Source: Lama glama (lineage: Eukaryota). From it: DNA of 64,000 bases. Location: NCBI GenBank assembly GCA_028534125.1, contig CM052817.1:95296001-95360000 (forward strand), written 5' to 3'. The notes below the pieces were generated by a model that did no database searches, was not told where the DNA came from, and saw only the letters and a list, made by a program, of their open reading frames with translations. Positions 36,291-47,090 of the stretch are shown one piece after another. Made by a program: the position numbers and the translations under genes. Numbering within the stretch: the first letter of the stretch is position 1; each line of letters opens with the position of its first letter.

Positions 36291-36885
36291 CATTTGAAAA
36301 AAGTGAATAGTTTGCATATTCAGCCGAAATTTAAAAGTAACTCATAGGAGAAACCAACAGATGACTTCAAACCTCTACCAACTCAATACTAGAAGGAAGT
36401 GGAGCAATGCTTACCAGATGTTTAAGAAAGAAATTGTGATTCCAAATGTTTATTCCCAGTCAAACTGTCTTTCAGGTCTAAAGGCAACAAACATTTTTGA
36501 ATATATAAAATCTCGAGGAATAAAGATCCCAGGATCTCCTTGAAGAGGTCAAACTTCAGCCAATCCAATGGTAAGTGAAAACACTATGGTCAAAAAATTA
36601 ATTCAAAGCATTTAATTGATAAAACTAAAGCAAATTATGAGGATAATAGTCTAAAACAGACTGTAACTGTTATAAATCATGATAAAGCATAAATGAAATA
36701 GCTAAACAAGTTGCAGGGAAGGAGGAGATAGGGTGAAAGACAAACATGCAGATTTTCCCATCTTTTATGATAAAAGGTAAAAAGAAAAGGATAAATCAAG
36801 TAATGCAGTAATTTTACATCCAGATATAACAGTAAACATTAAGGAAAGTTAACATAATCAACTAAAATAGGTGGTTGGGGGGTAA

Positions 36886-37313
36886 CAACAAAGACTCTCT
36901 CCTTTGACCAAACGTATCAGGCTCTCTGAGTGCTCTTTCTGACTAATCCCTGAGTTTAGACTCTTTCTGTGGCCCATTTAGCCCAGTTTCAGCAATAATC
37001 CTGAAACTCCCCACTTTTGATATCTGATCAAATTCCTCATCCCCCATGCTTGGTATCTTATCAGCTAGCCTGCCTGCAGCAAGACCTTGTGGATCTAGCA
37101 AGAATCCCCCTAGTCTTAATATTTTCTGTTGGTAATTTTCCATCCACTCACCTCCCACCCGGCTCCTTGGCTGTAAATTCTCACTTGTCCTTGTTGAATT
37201 TGGAGTGGAGCCCGATCTCTCTCCCTTACTACAAAACCCATTGTAGTAGTTCCCCTGGATAAAGTTAGCCTTACTGTCTTTAACAAGCGTCATAAATAAT
37301 TTTTTCTTTAACG
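36886..37313 (+). mobile_element. ERV1-class MER31-like solo LTR
   Basis: ACAAAGACTCTCTCCTTTGACCAAAC...TTGATATCTGATCAAATTCCTCATCCCCCA...ATAATTTTTTCTTTAAC. Confidence 0.82.
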
Positions 37314-37429
37314 GTAGGAAGAAAGGAAGTAGAGAGAGGAAATACGCTAATTTTGCCATTACTCAGAGAAGCTTCAGGCTGACTCTCTAAAGGTCATTTG
37401 ACAAATTTTACACCAAATTGCCTTGGAGA

Positions 37430-37642
37430 TTCAGGCAGCTCTCAGAAGATGGAAAAGGTAAGAAAACTGATTTTCCTCCTAGAACTTCTGGAAATGAACA
37501 AAGTCCTCGTGACACTTTGATGTTAGCCCAGGGAGACCCATTTCAGACTTTTGACCTCCAGAATTGCATTATAACAAATTTGCACTGTTTTAAGCTACTA
37601 AATTTGTGACAACTCGTTACAGCAGCAATAAGAAACTCATAC
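37430..37642 (+). mobile_element. MaLR MLT1 (C/D-like) LTR 3' part
   Basis: GGAAAAGGTAAGAAAACTGATTTTCC...GACTTTTGACCTCCAGAA...GTTACAGCAGCAATAAGAAACTCATAC. Confidence 0.85.
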
Positions 37643-37649
37643 CAGGGCT

Positions 37650-37957
37650 AATTCAATAAGCTATGGTAATCCACACAGAGGAATACCGTGCAGGCTTTAC
37701 AGAAGAATGAGGAAACGACCATGGAACGAGCAGCGAACAATCTCTGGAGTACATACTGAGTGAAAAAAGCAAGAAATGGAACAGTACGTGTAACAGTGCC
37801 AACTGTTGTGAGGATGTTTTAAAACAGAGACATTCAAGGAATGTCTAGGAAGAGTAGTCACTTCCAGGCAGAGAAACCAGGAGGCTGGTGCAGAGGTGGC
37901 AGCCAGGAAAACGCTCTTCCCTGCATGCCCTTTTTAAAAATAAGAAATGTGATTTTA
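37650..37957 (+). mobile_element. Old L1ME-type 3' fragment
   Basis: ATAAGCTATGGTAATCCACAC..GGAATAC...ACTGAGTGAAAAAAGCAAG. Confidence 0.6.
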
Positions 37958-37959
37958 CC

Positions 37960-38250
37960 AAGGAGGCTGTCCTTGACCCCTCAAAAAGGGTCAGGGTGAT
38001 ACACTGAGAACTTTTTGTACTTCTCCTTCACAACCAGATACTATGATAACCTTAACCCCCTATTTCATAATCATAGAATACGAAAGTAAACAGTTCTTGG
38101 TCCCGGAGTATTTGCTCAACGTCTGTCTTACGCACTAGACTCTAAGTTCCACAAGGGCAGGGACCAGTTTAGCTTTGAATAGTACCTAGCCCAGTGCCTA
38201 GCACTTAATAGGGCTTAAATAAATATTTATTGAATGAATGGATGAATTAA
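37960..38250 (+). mobile_element. L2 3' end
   Basis: CACTAGACTCTAAGTTCCACAAGGGCAGGGACC...CCTAGCCCAGTGCCTAGCAC...AATAAATATTTATTGAATGAATG. Confidence 0.88.
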
Positions 38251-38819
38251 TTGACGAATGCAGCCAAGTAAAAAGAATAAAAATGGGTCACGATCTAATC
38301 AATTATGATTTCCAAAATTAAACAGATAACTAACCCTAAAATGCAAAATTAAAATCCCAAAGCATATGATAGGTATTATCCAAAGATACATAAATGTCTA
38401 GCTATAAATAACTATCCATCTCATATCAAACTGTATTAACTCATAGCTAAATTTGTTCTCCAGCTTGCTTTATCCAGAGGAAAAGTTTCAACTATTTTTC
38501 AACTCGTGGTGTTAAGATCCCTGGACTGTGTTCACAGATTGAAGCCATTTAACCCAGGGTTTGCCTTTTTACAGCTGTGCGCGGCTTCAGCTGTCAATCG
38601 AGAGGCCTTTAATTCCCAGGCTTTCCCTGTTTGCTGTCTCCCCCTCACTGTGTCTGCTTCTTGCAGCTTCTGCTTCTTGCTGCAACCCTCAGCTTCTTTC
38701 TTTTCTTTCATGAACAGAACCTAGAAGCCAAGAGGAGGAGAGAGAGATCACTTTCCTATAGACCTGGTGACCCGATGGCTGTCCACAGTCAGGAAAATTA
38801 TACCCCATAAATCATTACT

Positions 38820-40969
38820 CAGAGAGAATGCTGTTTGTTCACCACCATCATTTTTTTTTTCCTCCTGGGCATCCAGCTTCCAGTGAGGCTGCATTCCCAG
38901 GATCCTTTGCTGTTAGGTGGAGCCATTTAACCCAGTTCTGGCCAATGGAACACGGGCCAATCACAGGTCGAGTGGCTGGACGCAGAGACCTGGTGAATTC
39001 CAAGACCCTGGAGGATGGTGAAACCTGTAGGCTGGAAGCAGCCTGGGTTCCTGAGTTGCCATGTGGAAGAAAGCTACCCGGGAAACCCATCCAACCACAG
39101 ACACCTGCTTCAGGTCAAAAAATATTTTCTGAGTATTTTAAACCACCAGAATGTTAGTGCCTTTATAACAATTCAGAAACTTGAAGTGGGGCGCTGCTGT
39201 AGCATAAACCTAAAATTTGTGAGTGAAGTGGTGACGGGTGAGAAGACTGATGGGAGTAGCTGGAATGATGGATATTATGCTATAAAGTGGCAAGACACTT
39301 TGAAAAATGGTTACCTGCAGTAACCTGAAAGAAGATCATGTGCTTACTGAAACAGAGCACATGGGGAAACGGTTGGAAGTAATTTGAGTGCTAGTGTGTG
39401 TTGGCTGCCATTAGCTGTCTTTGGTAATGTTTTATAGGGGAAAAAAATGAGTTCAGGAGAGAATTGGCTGGTTTGCAAGCTGAAATGAAAGGGAACAAAG
39501 AGTAAAGAAACGTGGGGTGTTGAAATGTTAGGGTCACTGATGCTTTCAGATTCCCAAATATTAGGAGATAAGGCTTTGAGTATTAAAGTCCAGTGGCGGT
39601 ACTCCCCAGTTAAACAAAAGACTTAGCCCTGAGGCAAAGATCAGATAAGGAATGTGGTCTTCCTTTCTGTTCTTTTCATTGGCGGTAGGGTAGAGACCAT
39701 TAAACTGAGAGAGAATGGCTTAGGAGGAGGAAACAAACAAATAAATTTGAGAATGTATGTGTAGGTAAAATTTGGGGTGTTTTTAGTGGTATAAGAAACT
39801 GGCTAGAAGCTTATTAAGTTTATAAAGGAAATTTATTTATGAAAGATATCATGACCAGCTTTTAAATGTCTTTGAAACATAAAACAGCTTTCGAGCCCAA
39901 AAGTCAATCCAACAGGAAACATCCTACAAAACTGTGAAGGCCCTGAGGAGGTCACTTCAGATGTGGCGGAAGAAGACAATGGACAAGATGGAACCTGCAA
40001 GAGGGGAGAGATAGGGGCCAGGGACAACAATGGACACAGAGGGCCGAATCAAATGGGGTAGGGGGCTTTCAGAGGTCTGTACAATGGGATTTTATAAATG
40101 CATGGACCAGTGCCTGCTTTGTGCTTTCTCCTTTAATCCTTTCCATATAGGAGAGTTGCTGTTTGTTTGTTTTTTTGGATGTACCATTCCTGTCCCATGA
40201 TTGTTCATTAAGGAGGGGAGAAGGACAACTATAAGGAATCACATGGAGAAGGCTTGTTTCATCAGAAGATGCTGGACCTTAAGCTGATGCAGAGACTGGG
40301 TGGGATTTTGGATTGCCCTTTTGAGGGGAAGATTGGGCGTCTTCTGTGTATGGGAAGAAGTTAACAGATGCTCCGTGAGTAGAAGGGCAATCTGGAGCCA
40401 GGATAGTGCTAAGGGCTTACTGAACCTAGTTTTCTCTTCCTCCTAGACACACAGCTAGACTTTCCCAGCCCTCTTTACTCCAGAGATTGTTGGGGTCAGG
40501 TAAACTGAGTGATGGCCAGGGAGACTGCCACTTACAGGTCTGGTTCCTAAGAGTCTCCCATATGATCACCCACACTCTTTCACCCTTTGTCGGCCAGAAG
40601 CAGAGATCCTAGGAAGGTCTCTGATGCCCTAGGGCAGGGATCCACAAAGAGCCTGTGGGTTTCTCGTCTATGGCTGCTTTTGTGCTATAAGGTTGAGTAG
40701 TTGTGACAAACACTTTATGGCCTACAAAGCATAGAATATTTACTAGCTTGTCCTCTACAGGAAAAAAAAAAAATGCCGATCCCTGTTCTAGGGAATGATA
40801 GAACCACTGGGTGGAAGAAACCTGCCTCCTCAGTCAAAACCACCGCTTGGAGGAGGGCCAATAGACCACGAACCACCATGTTGAACTGTTACCTGAGCTA
40901 GAGATAAGCTTTGTTGTAGTCAGTCACTGAGATCTGGGAGGAATAACATTTTCACTCACCCTGCATACA
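38820..40969 (+). mobile_element. Complete MaLR provirus (MLT1H/I/J-like): LTR 38820-39170, internal 39171-40392, LTR 40393-40969
   Basis: Two related LTRs in the same orientation (TTCCTCCTGGGCATCCAGCT vs TTCCTCCTAGACACACAGCT); internal part starts GAAGTGGGGCGCTGCTGTAGCA..AACCTAAAAT; purine tract AGAAGGGCAATC before the 3' LTR TG. Confidence 0.8.
40635..40785. mobile_element. MER58-type hAT MITE inside the 3' LTR
   Basis: Perfect 8-bp TIR CAGGGATC / GATCCCTG; 8-bp TSD CCCTAGGG (40627-40634) / TTCTAGGG (40786-40793). Confidence 0.85.
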
Positions 40970-41059
40970 ATTATGAAGGCCTATGTTTACCTTGCATTGG
41001 AGAGCGAGAAGGTTCTCAGTCACTGCCGTGCTTTGGAACATGACTTCTGCCATGATTCA

Positions 41060-41200
41060 GTTATACATCCTGGCATCCAGCCATTCATCTATCCCCAAGC
41101 ATCTCTTGAGTGTTTATTAAGTGTCAGGTACTCAGCTAAGAACACAATGATGAATAAAAACACACTTGAACTCTGCCCTCCTAGAGCTTAGGGTTTAACG
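41060..41200 (-). mobile_element. L2 3' end
   Basis: CATTCATC...TTGAGTGTTTATTAAGTGTCAGGTACT...ATGATGAATAAAAA...CTCTGCCCTCCTAGAGCTTA. Confidence 0.75.
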
Positions 41201-41772
41201 CAGCAGACAGTGGGAAGAAAGAGGGGAGCCGCCACCCTCTTCAGATTTGACGTGAGCTTTTCTAGTTTATCAGTCCATCCCACTGGGCCTGCTGCACTCA
41301 TTTACCTGTCTGGCTCCTGCAGCATTTAAATCCTCACATCAGAGTAGGTGAAAGGACAACATGGCCAAAGAGCAGAGATGGAAGGAGAAAGCATGGCAAG
41401 ATGTAGCTGACGACCTAGTTAAGGGACAAATGCAGAAATAGTAATAATAACAATAACTGATTCATTCAATACATATTTAAGGAGCCCCGCAGTAAGACCA
41501 GCTCTGAGCACAGTTGTGTCCTCAGATCTTAATGCAGAGTCTGCTTGCTTTCTACCCAATTGTTTTGCTCGTCGCTTTGTAGTCAAGAAAGGACCGCTGA
41601 AGAGGAAGTGTGACAGCCCTGGGTTCAAATCTTGCCTTTCTTCTTTACCTATATGGTTTTGGAAAAGCTACTTTTCTATCCATTGATTGAGGAGTTTTTG
41701 TTATGTTTTGTTTTGTTTTTAAATTTCCTTGTGCCTTTGCTCATCACACTTGAACTAAGACCTAGCAGTTTC

Positions 41773-42055
41773 ATTTTCTAAATTAATTTTTTATTGAAGT
41801 ATAGTTGGTTTACAATGCTGTGTTAATGTCTGATGTATAACATAGTGATTCATTTATACATACATATATATTCCTTTTCATATTCTTTTTCATTATAGGT
41901 CATTACAAGGTATTGAATATAGTTCCCTGTGCTATACAGTAGGACCTTGTTGTTTATCTATTTTATATATTAGTAGTGTATATCTGCTAATCCCAAACCC
42001 CCAATTTACCTCTCCCCAACCCCTCTCCCCCCAGTAACCATAAGTTTGTTTTCTA
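41773..42055 (-). mobile_element. Young L1 3' end
   Basis: TTTTATTGAAGTATAGTTGGTTTACAATG...GTAACCATAAGTTTGTTTTCTA; TSD TAAGACCTAGCAGTTTC (41756-41772) / TAAGACCTAGTAATTTC (42056-42072). Confidence 0.92.
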
Positions 42056-42589
42056 TAAGACCTAGTAATTTCTTGCTCCCCATACCCTTGTTGATTGCCC
42101 AGGTGTTGGACTTGCCTACCAACCTACCAAGACCCACGGATAGTCTGTGTAATCAGAGCTCCCTGCACCTCATCTCGTAAGCCTTCACGGCTATTCTAGA
42201 CTCCGCCTACCAACTTGAATCTGTGGCATCTGCTTTCCTATATCAGTTAAATCGAAGTCCACCAAGGCTTGGCTATGACTTTTTTCTCCCTAGACCTCCA
42301 GATCTCCTATATATTTCTCTGTTTTTTTTTTCCCTCTTTCCCCACCTCCACTACCAGCCACCCGCATCTCTCACTTGACCTCCCAGGAATCTCTCCCCCT
42401 TGCTCCCTTTTTTTCTGTACATCTCAGTCTTTGCATGATTTCCCCTGGCCCTTAGGATAAAGTCCACACTTCCTTACCTGGCCTTCAGGACTCTCAAGGT
42501 GTTAGTAGTTCACTTATAGAAGTAGCACACACCAGATAGTTCAAGATTTTTTTTGAATTTTTAAAGAAATTTAAACAGTTGAAAAAGAC

Positions 42590-43720
42590 TGATTTTAAAT
42601 TTCTTTTATAATTACATGAGAAATGTAGAAATATTAGAAGTATAAATGAGCAAAAATTAAAAATACATATTGAACTAAAGCCAAGCAAAAATCAAAAACT
42701 CCCAGGAAAAAAAATCACTATGAACATTTTGGTACATATCCTTTTAGATTTCTACCCCAGCAAATGTGTGCATTTTTCAAGATTGGACTAAAGATCACAT
42801 TCTCTTCCAGTTTTTGTATTGTTTAATATGTTATAAAAATTCATCAGCATCACTAAAAATAGAGGTACAATATCATTCTGAATGGCCATATGTATTCCAT
42901 TGTGTGAAATACGATAATTTAACTAATCCTCTACTGTTGGGCATTTGCAGTGTTTCCATTTGTTGTTATGGTCAATTTTATGTATCAACTCGATTGAGCC
43001 ATGGGGTGCCCAGATTAAACATTACTTCTGGGTGTGCCTGTAAGAGTGTTTCCAGATGAGATAAGCATTTGAATCAAATCCCTGAGTAGACTGCTCTCCC
43101 CAGTGTGGGTGGGCCTTATTTAATCAGTTGAGGGCCTCAGTAGAACAAAAGGCAGAGGATGGAGGAATTTGCCCCTTTTTCTGCCTGCTTGCTAGAGCTG
43201 GAACATCTCATCTTATTTCATCTCATCTCATCTTCTCTTGCCCCTGGACCAGGATTTACACCATCAACCTCTCTGTTCTCAGGTCTTTGGATTCTAACTG
43301 AATTGCACCACCACTTTTCATGGGTCACCAACTTACAGAGGTCAGACTGTGGGATTTCTCAACCTCTGTAATTACATGAGCCAATTCCTCACTATATATA
43401 CTGTATATGTGATATGTGTGTGTATATATATATATATATATAAAATAGGTATATTTTATGTATATCCATCTTCTGTTGTCCTATTGGTTCTGTTTCTCTG
43501 GAGAAACCCTAATTACTAGAGCTGTCATTTCTGATGTTGTTGACACTGCTATTTCAAACAGGTAGATTTTCTAGTACACCTGTTTCTTTCCAGCCTATCT
43601 GATTGCCTCCTGTAGATGGGTTCCTAGGTCCTAGAATTTCTTGGTCAAGGGGCACGAACATTTTTAAGGCTTTGCTACATATTGCCTAACTGAACTCCAA
43701 GAGAGTTTTTAAAAAATGAT
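42590..43720 (-). mobile_element. Old L1ME-type 3' fragment interrupted by MLT2
   Basis: ATCACTATGAACATTTTGGTACATATCCTT...TATTCCATTGTGTG; resumes TTCTTGGTCAAGGGG...TTTTAAGGCTTTG..ACATATTGCC. Confidence 0.65.
42964..43520 (+). mobile_element. ERVL MLT2B-like solo LTR
   Basis: TGTTATGGTCAATTTTATGTATCAACT...GTGTTTCCAGATGAGATAAGCATTTGAATC...CCTATTGGTTCTGTTTCTCTGGAGAAACCCT. Confidence 0.9.
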
Positions 43721-45212
43721 ACAACTCTTAAGTGGAGATCTATAAAAGCAACATCTAAACTTCTGGCCAGTGTTTCTCGAACTGAGTTTCTCATCCGATT
43801 GTTTGGTTTTTTTCCAAAATGGGATTTCTTATGATTGACATCATCCATTATGAAGAAGTCCTCCTTCTGAACTTCCAGCTTTGCGACCAGAGAGCAGCCC
43901 TACTTCTCACTAATATCTCCAGGGCGCTTGCAATATTCCCAGCTCTGTTTTGATAAGTCAGCTATTTCCTTGAAACGGTATGAAGTCAAAGCAGGGTTAC
44001 CAGGCTGTCGGGACAGTGACACTGTAAAATCACCGAAACTTAGACCCCAGAGCAGAAAGAGATTTCAAGAAACCATTTGGCCCAGTTCTCTGGCTTCAGG
44101 GAGATAAGATACTCCATTAGCAAGAGAGTTTTAGAAGATCTAGATTGCTTTTGGCAAGGAATGGTGTCTCTCCCGTCATTGTGTTAAGATAAAACAGAAA
44201 ACACTCTACAAGGAAAACAAATGGCAATTAAAATTAAAGTGTTCCGCCTGTGAAGGAATGGCACATAGAGTAGTAACCACATCCACGCTAGACTTCCCTC
44301 TATTCATTACCTGTTTTTAATTTGCCTCCAGTGCCACATCCTTCCTCCAGAAACTGGGATAGAAATTGCCATCAAGTCATCTACCATGGAGGGTCCTATC
44401 TACTACCAAGGTGTTACATTTTTTTTAACTTTATTTTCTCTACAAAGAATGTTTAAAAATTAAGGGAACACCATCATCTTAATATCATCTTAATACATGC
44501 CTTACTATTTTAAAACAATCACTTTTATCATCTTGGTACGTTTTTGTCTTTTGGGAGTACATCCCCACAGAATTGGTTTTCATCATATACGTATATATTT
44601 AGTACTTTCGGGTGCTTTTTTCCCCTTAATATTATCTCATAACAATTTTCATGTGATGAATCATAGATAAAACTATTCTTTTTTAATGATGGCAGAATAC
44701 CGTAATTTACTCAATCTTCCTAATTTTTAATTATAAATTACAAGATGGTAAAGATGTTCATGCATGGAGTATTCTCCAAATTTTTGATTATTGTAAGAAG
44801 ATTGATTTCTAGACATTGAATATCTTGTTCAGTCCACCTGCATGGTTAAATCTTATACAATGCGGATACGTGTTTCACCCGAATGTGGGGATTGTTCCAG
44901 ATCAATTATTTTAGGAAATCAAAAGGGAGGAGTGGACTGGGACTGTGAAATTGTGAAAATAGAGGAATAGATCAACTTTCTGAGAGATATGTCTTACCTG
45001 TTAATGATAAGATTTTTCTTAACTGTTGTCGCCTCAGGAGCTGAACTTTTCCGTCACTTCCAGTTGGTGGGAGGTAGGTGTGAGCAGGTACCATCACTAT
45101 TCCTTCTTAATCTTTTTTTTTCCGATGATGTGACATGTATAACACAGTGCCTGGTACTCAGTGAGTGATTAATAAGGGTCTGTTCAATGGGTGAATGAAA
45201 GCATGCATATGG

Positions 45213-45290
45213 AAAAATTTTATACCACTATATTGTACACCTGAAACTAACCTTATATTATAAATCAGCTATATGTCAATTGAAAAAAAA
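45213..45290 (+). mobile_element. Short L1 3' end insertion
   Basis: TTGTACACCTGAAACTAA...AAATCAGCTATATGTCAATT + A-run; degenerate TSD AAAGCATGCATATGG / AAAGAATTCACATGG. Confidence 0.7.
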
Positions 45291-46545
45291 AAAGAATTCA
45301 CATGGGCTTTGATCTTAAGCAGAGGGTGGTTCAAATCCTGTTTCTGCCATTTACTAGCTGTGGTACTTGTTAAGCAGATAAATTGCTGTGGAACACAATA
45401 CAGGCTGTGTTCTGGATAAATTCCAGAAGTCAGTGCCAAATCCTTTTGTAGTTTTCTTATGTGAAACTTTACATTAAATTCTTAAGTGGAAAAAGCAATG
45501 CCCAAAACATATCTCAACATGAAATCTAAAGGCTCTGAGGTGATACACTGAGAGATGCTTTACGGTAGGAAACCACTGGGGCTAAGATGATTTTTGAAAA
45601 TCAGCTTTTATTTCCTTTAATTGTTGCCAACTCTTATAATTGCTGAACCCTTGCCTGCCAAATAGCTTTGTGACCTCATCTACCGAGGGGGGCCGTAGGA
45701 GTTGTGGAATGGACACCATCCTTGGTTTTTGATAAGATGAATGATCTTGGCTGAGCAAATACCGCTGACCTAGGGTACTTCTTCCTTTCTAAGATTTCTG
45801 TAGTGTCAGCACCTTCAGGAACCTAACAAGCATAGCAAACAAAGGCAGCATCTTTGCTCCAACTCCATTTCAATAAGGTGAGTTTTTAATGGGCCCTGTT
45901 GTAGGGAGCAGGCTGAGGAAACCACACCTGACAAGTTATTTCTGGATTCTAAGGTTGCTATTCAGGGGCCAGCGAAACAGAGCTTTAAAGGTTAGTTCAC
46001 CTGCTATCAGGAAGATTTTTCAAAGGGAAGCAATTTTCATAGAACTTTTTTTGGCCTTCAACCAGGAAAACTGCAGTTTTGTTAAAAAAAAAAAAATCTT
46101 AGGAGCTAATAGGGGCGTGGAGCCGGAGTGGGGATAAAGTGGAGTGTCCATTTCAGGGTCCCAGACTGTGAAATCAGCCTAATGTCCACCAGTGAGCTGT
46201 TTGCCCCATCCTCCCTCACATGGTCCTGCAGGTGAAGGATGCAACGAAGTGGGTTTGGAAGCTGGGGCAGAGCCTGGGACTGGTACTCAAGTCAGGGTCA
46301 GATGGCATCTCTGGGAAGCTTGCTGGAAATGAAAGGAGTCTATCTGTCCTTCCACCTAAAAACCCTTGTTTCTCTGCTAGAGTGGGGAGCTCACTTGTCT
46401 TGCATCCCAGCCCTCTTCCTCGAAGGCAGGAGTGCGAAGCACAGATGTTGTGTTCCTCTCCCTCCTGAGAATCACGCCCCCCCCACCTCCCCACTCCTTC
46501 CACCTCCCTTTTGTTAAAATAGGAAAAGAGAAATTTGTAAGATGG

Positions 46546-47013
46546 TGTATCAGTCAGGGTTCTCCAGAGAAACAGAACCAGTAGGATACAATGGCACATA
46601 TCATATATAATATAAAGGGATATTTTATACATGTAAATATATGATATTATGGAGAGACTGATTTCAAAGGATTTACATGATTGTGGAGCTAAGTCTGGAA
46701 TCAGTAGGGCAGGCTGGCAGAAACGCTCTGTCATGTCAGGAGCTGACGCTGCAGTCTTACAGCAGAATTCCTGCTCTCTCCGAGAAACCTCAGTTTTGCT
46801 CTTAAGCTCTTTCAACTGATTGGATAAGATGCACCCAGATTATCAGAGCTAATCTCCTTTATTTAAAGTTAACTGATTAAAAAAAGAAAGTAAAAAATAA
46901 AGTTAAGGGATTCAACCTCATGTACAAAATACCTTCACAATCTAGATTAGTCATTTATTAAATAACTAGGTACTACAGCCTCATCGACTTGTCACAAAAA
47001 ACTGACTCTCCAG
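46546..47013 (-). mobile_element. ERVL MLT2D-like solo LTR
   Basis: TGTATCAGTCAGGGTTCTCCAGAGAAACAGAACCAGTAGG...TTTCAACTGATTGGAT...ACAAAATACCTTCACA. Confidence 0.88.
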
Positions 47014-47050
47014 ACAGTCTTCTTAGGAATATAGATACACACCCACATTT

Positions 47051-47090
47051 TGTATATGTATGTATGTATGTATGTATGTGTGTGTGTGGA
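47051..47090. repeat. (TATG)n(TG)n microsatellite
   Basis: Directly visible. Confidence 0.9.

Larger units (their letters stand above)
32960..36880 (+). mobile_element. Ancient HAL1/L1ME ORF1-like element, split by later insertions (pieces ~32960-33545 and ~36310-36880)
   Basis: A-rich ORF1-like sequence (AAAGTTCCCAGAAATAAG...GAAAAGGCACC...GACTTCAAATCCAGAAAAATTCT) resumes as LNTRRKWSNAYQMFK (ORF1 ARRQWSNAFKILK motif). Confidence 0.55.

Noticed and set aside
46216..46815. 199-aa minus ORF
   Set aside because: Non-ATG start inside an MLT2 LTR, runs through low-complexity sequence; no recognisable protein.
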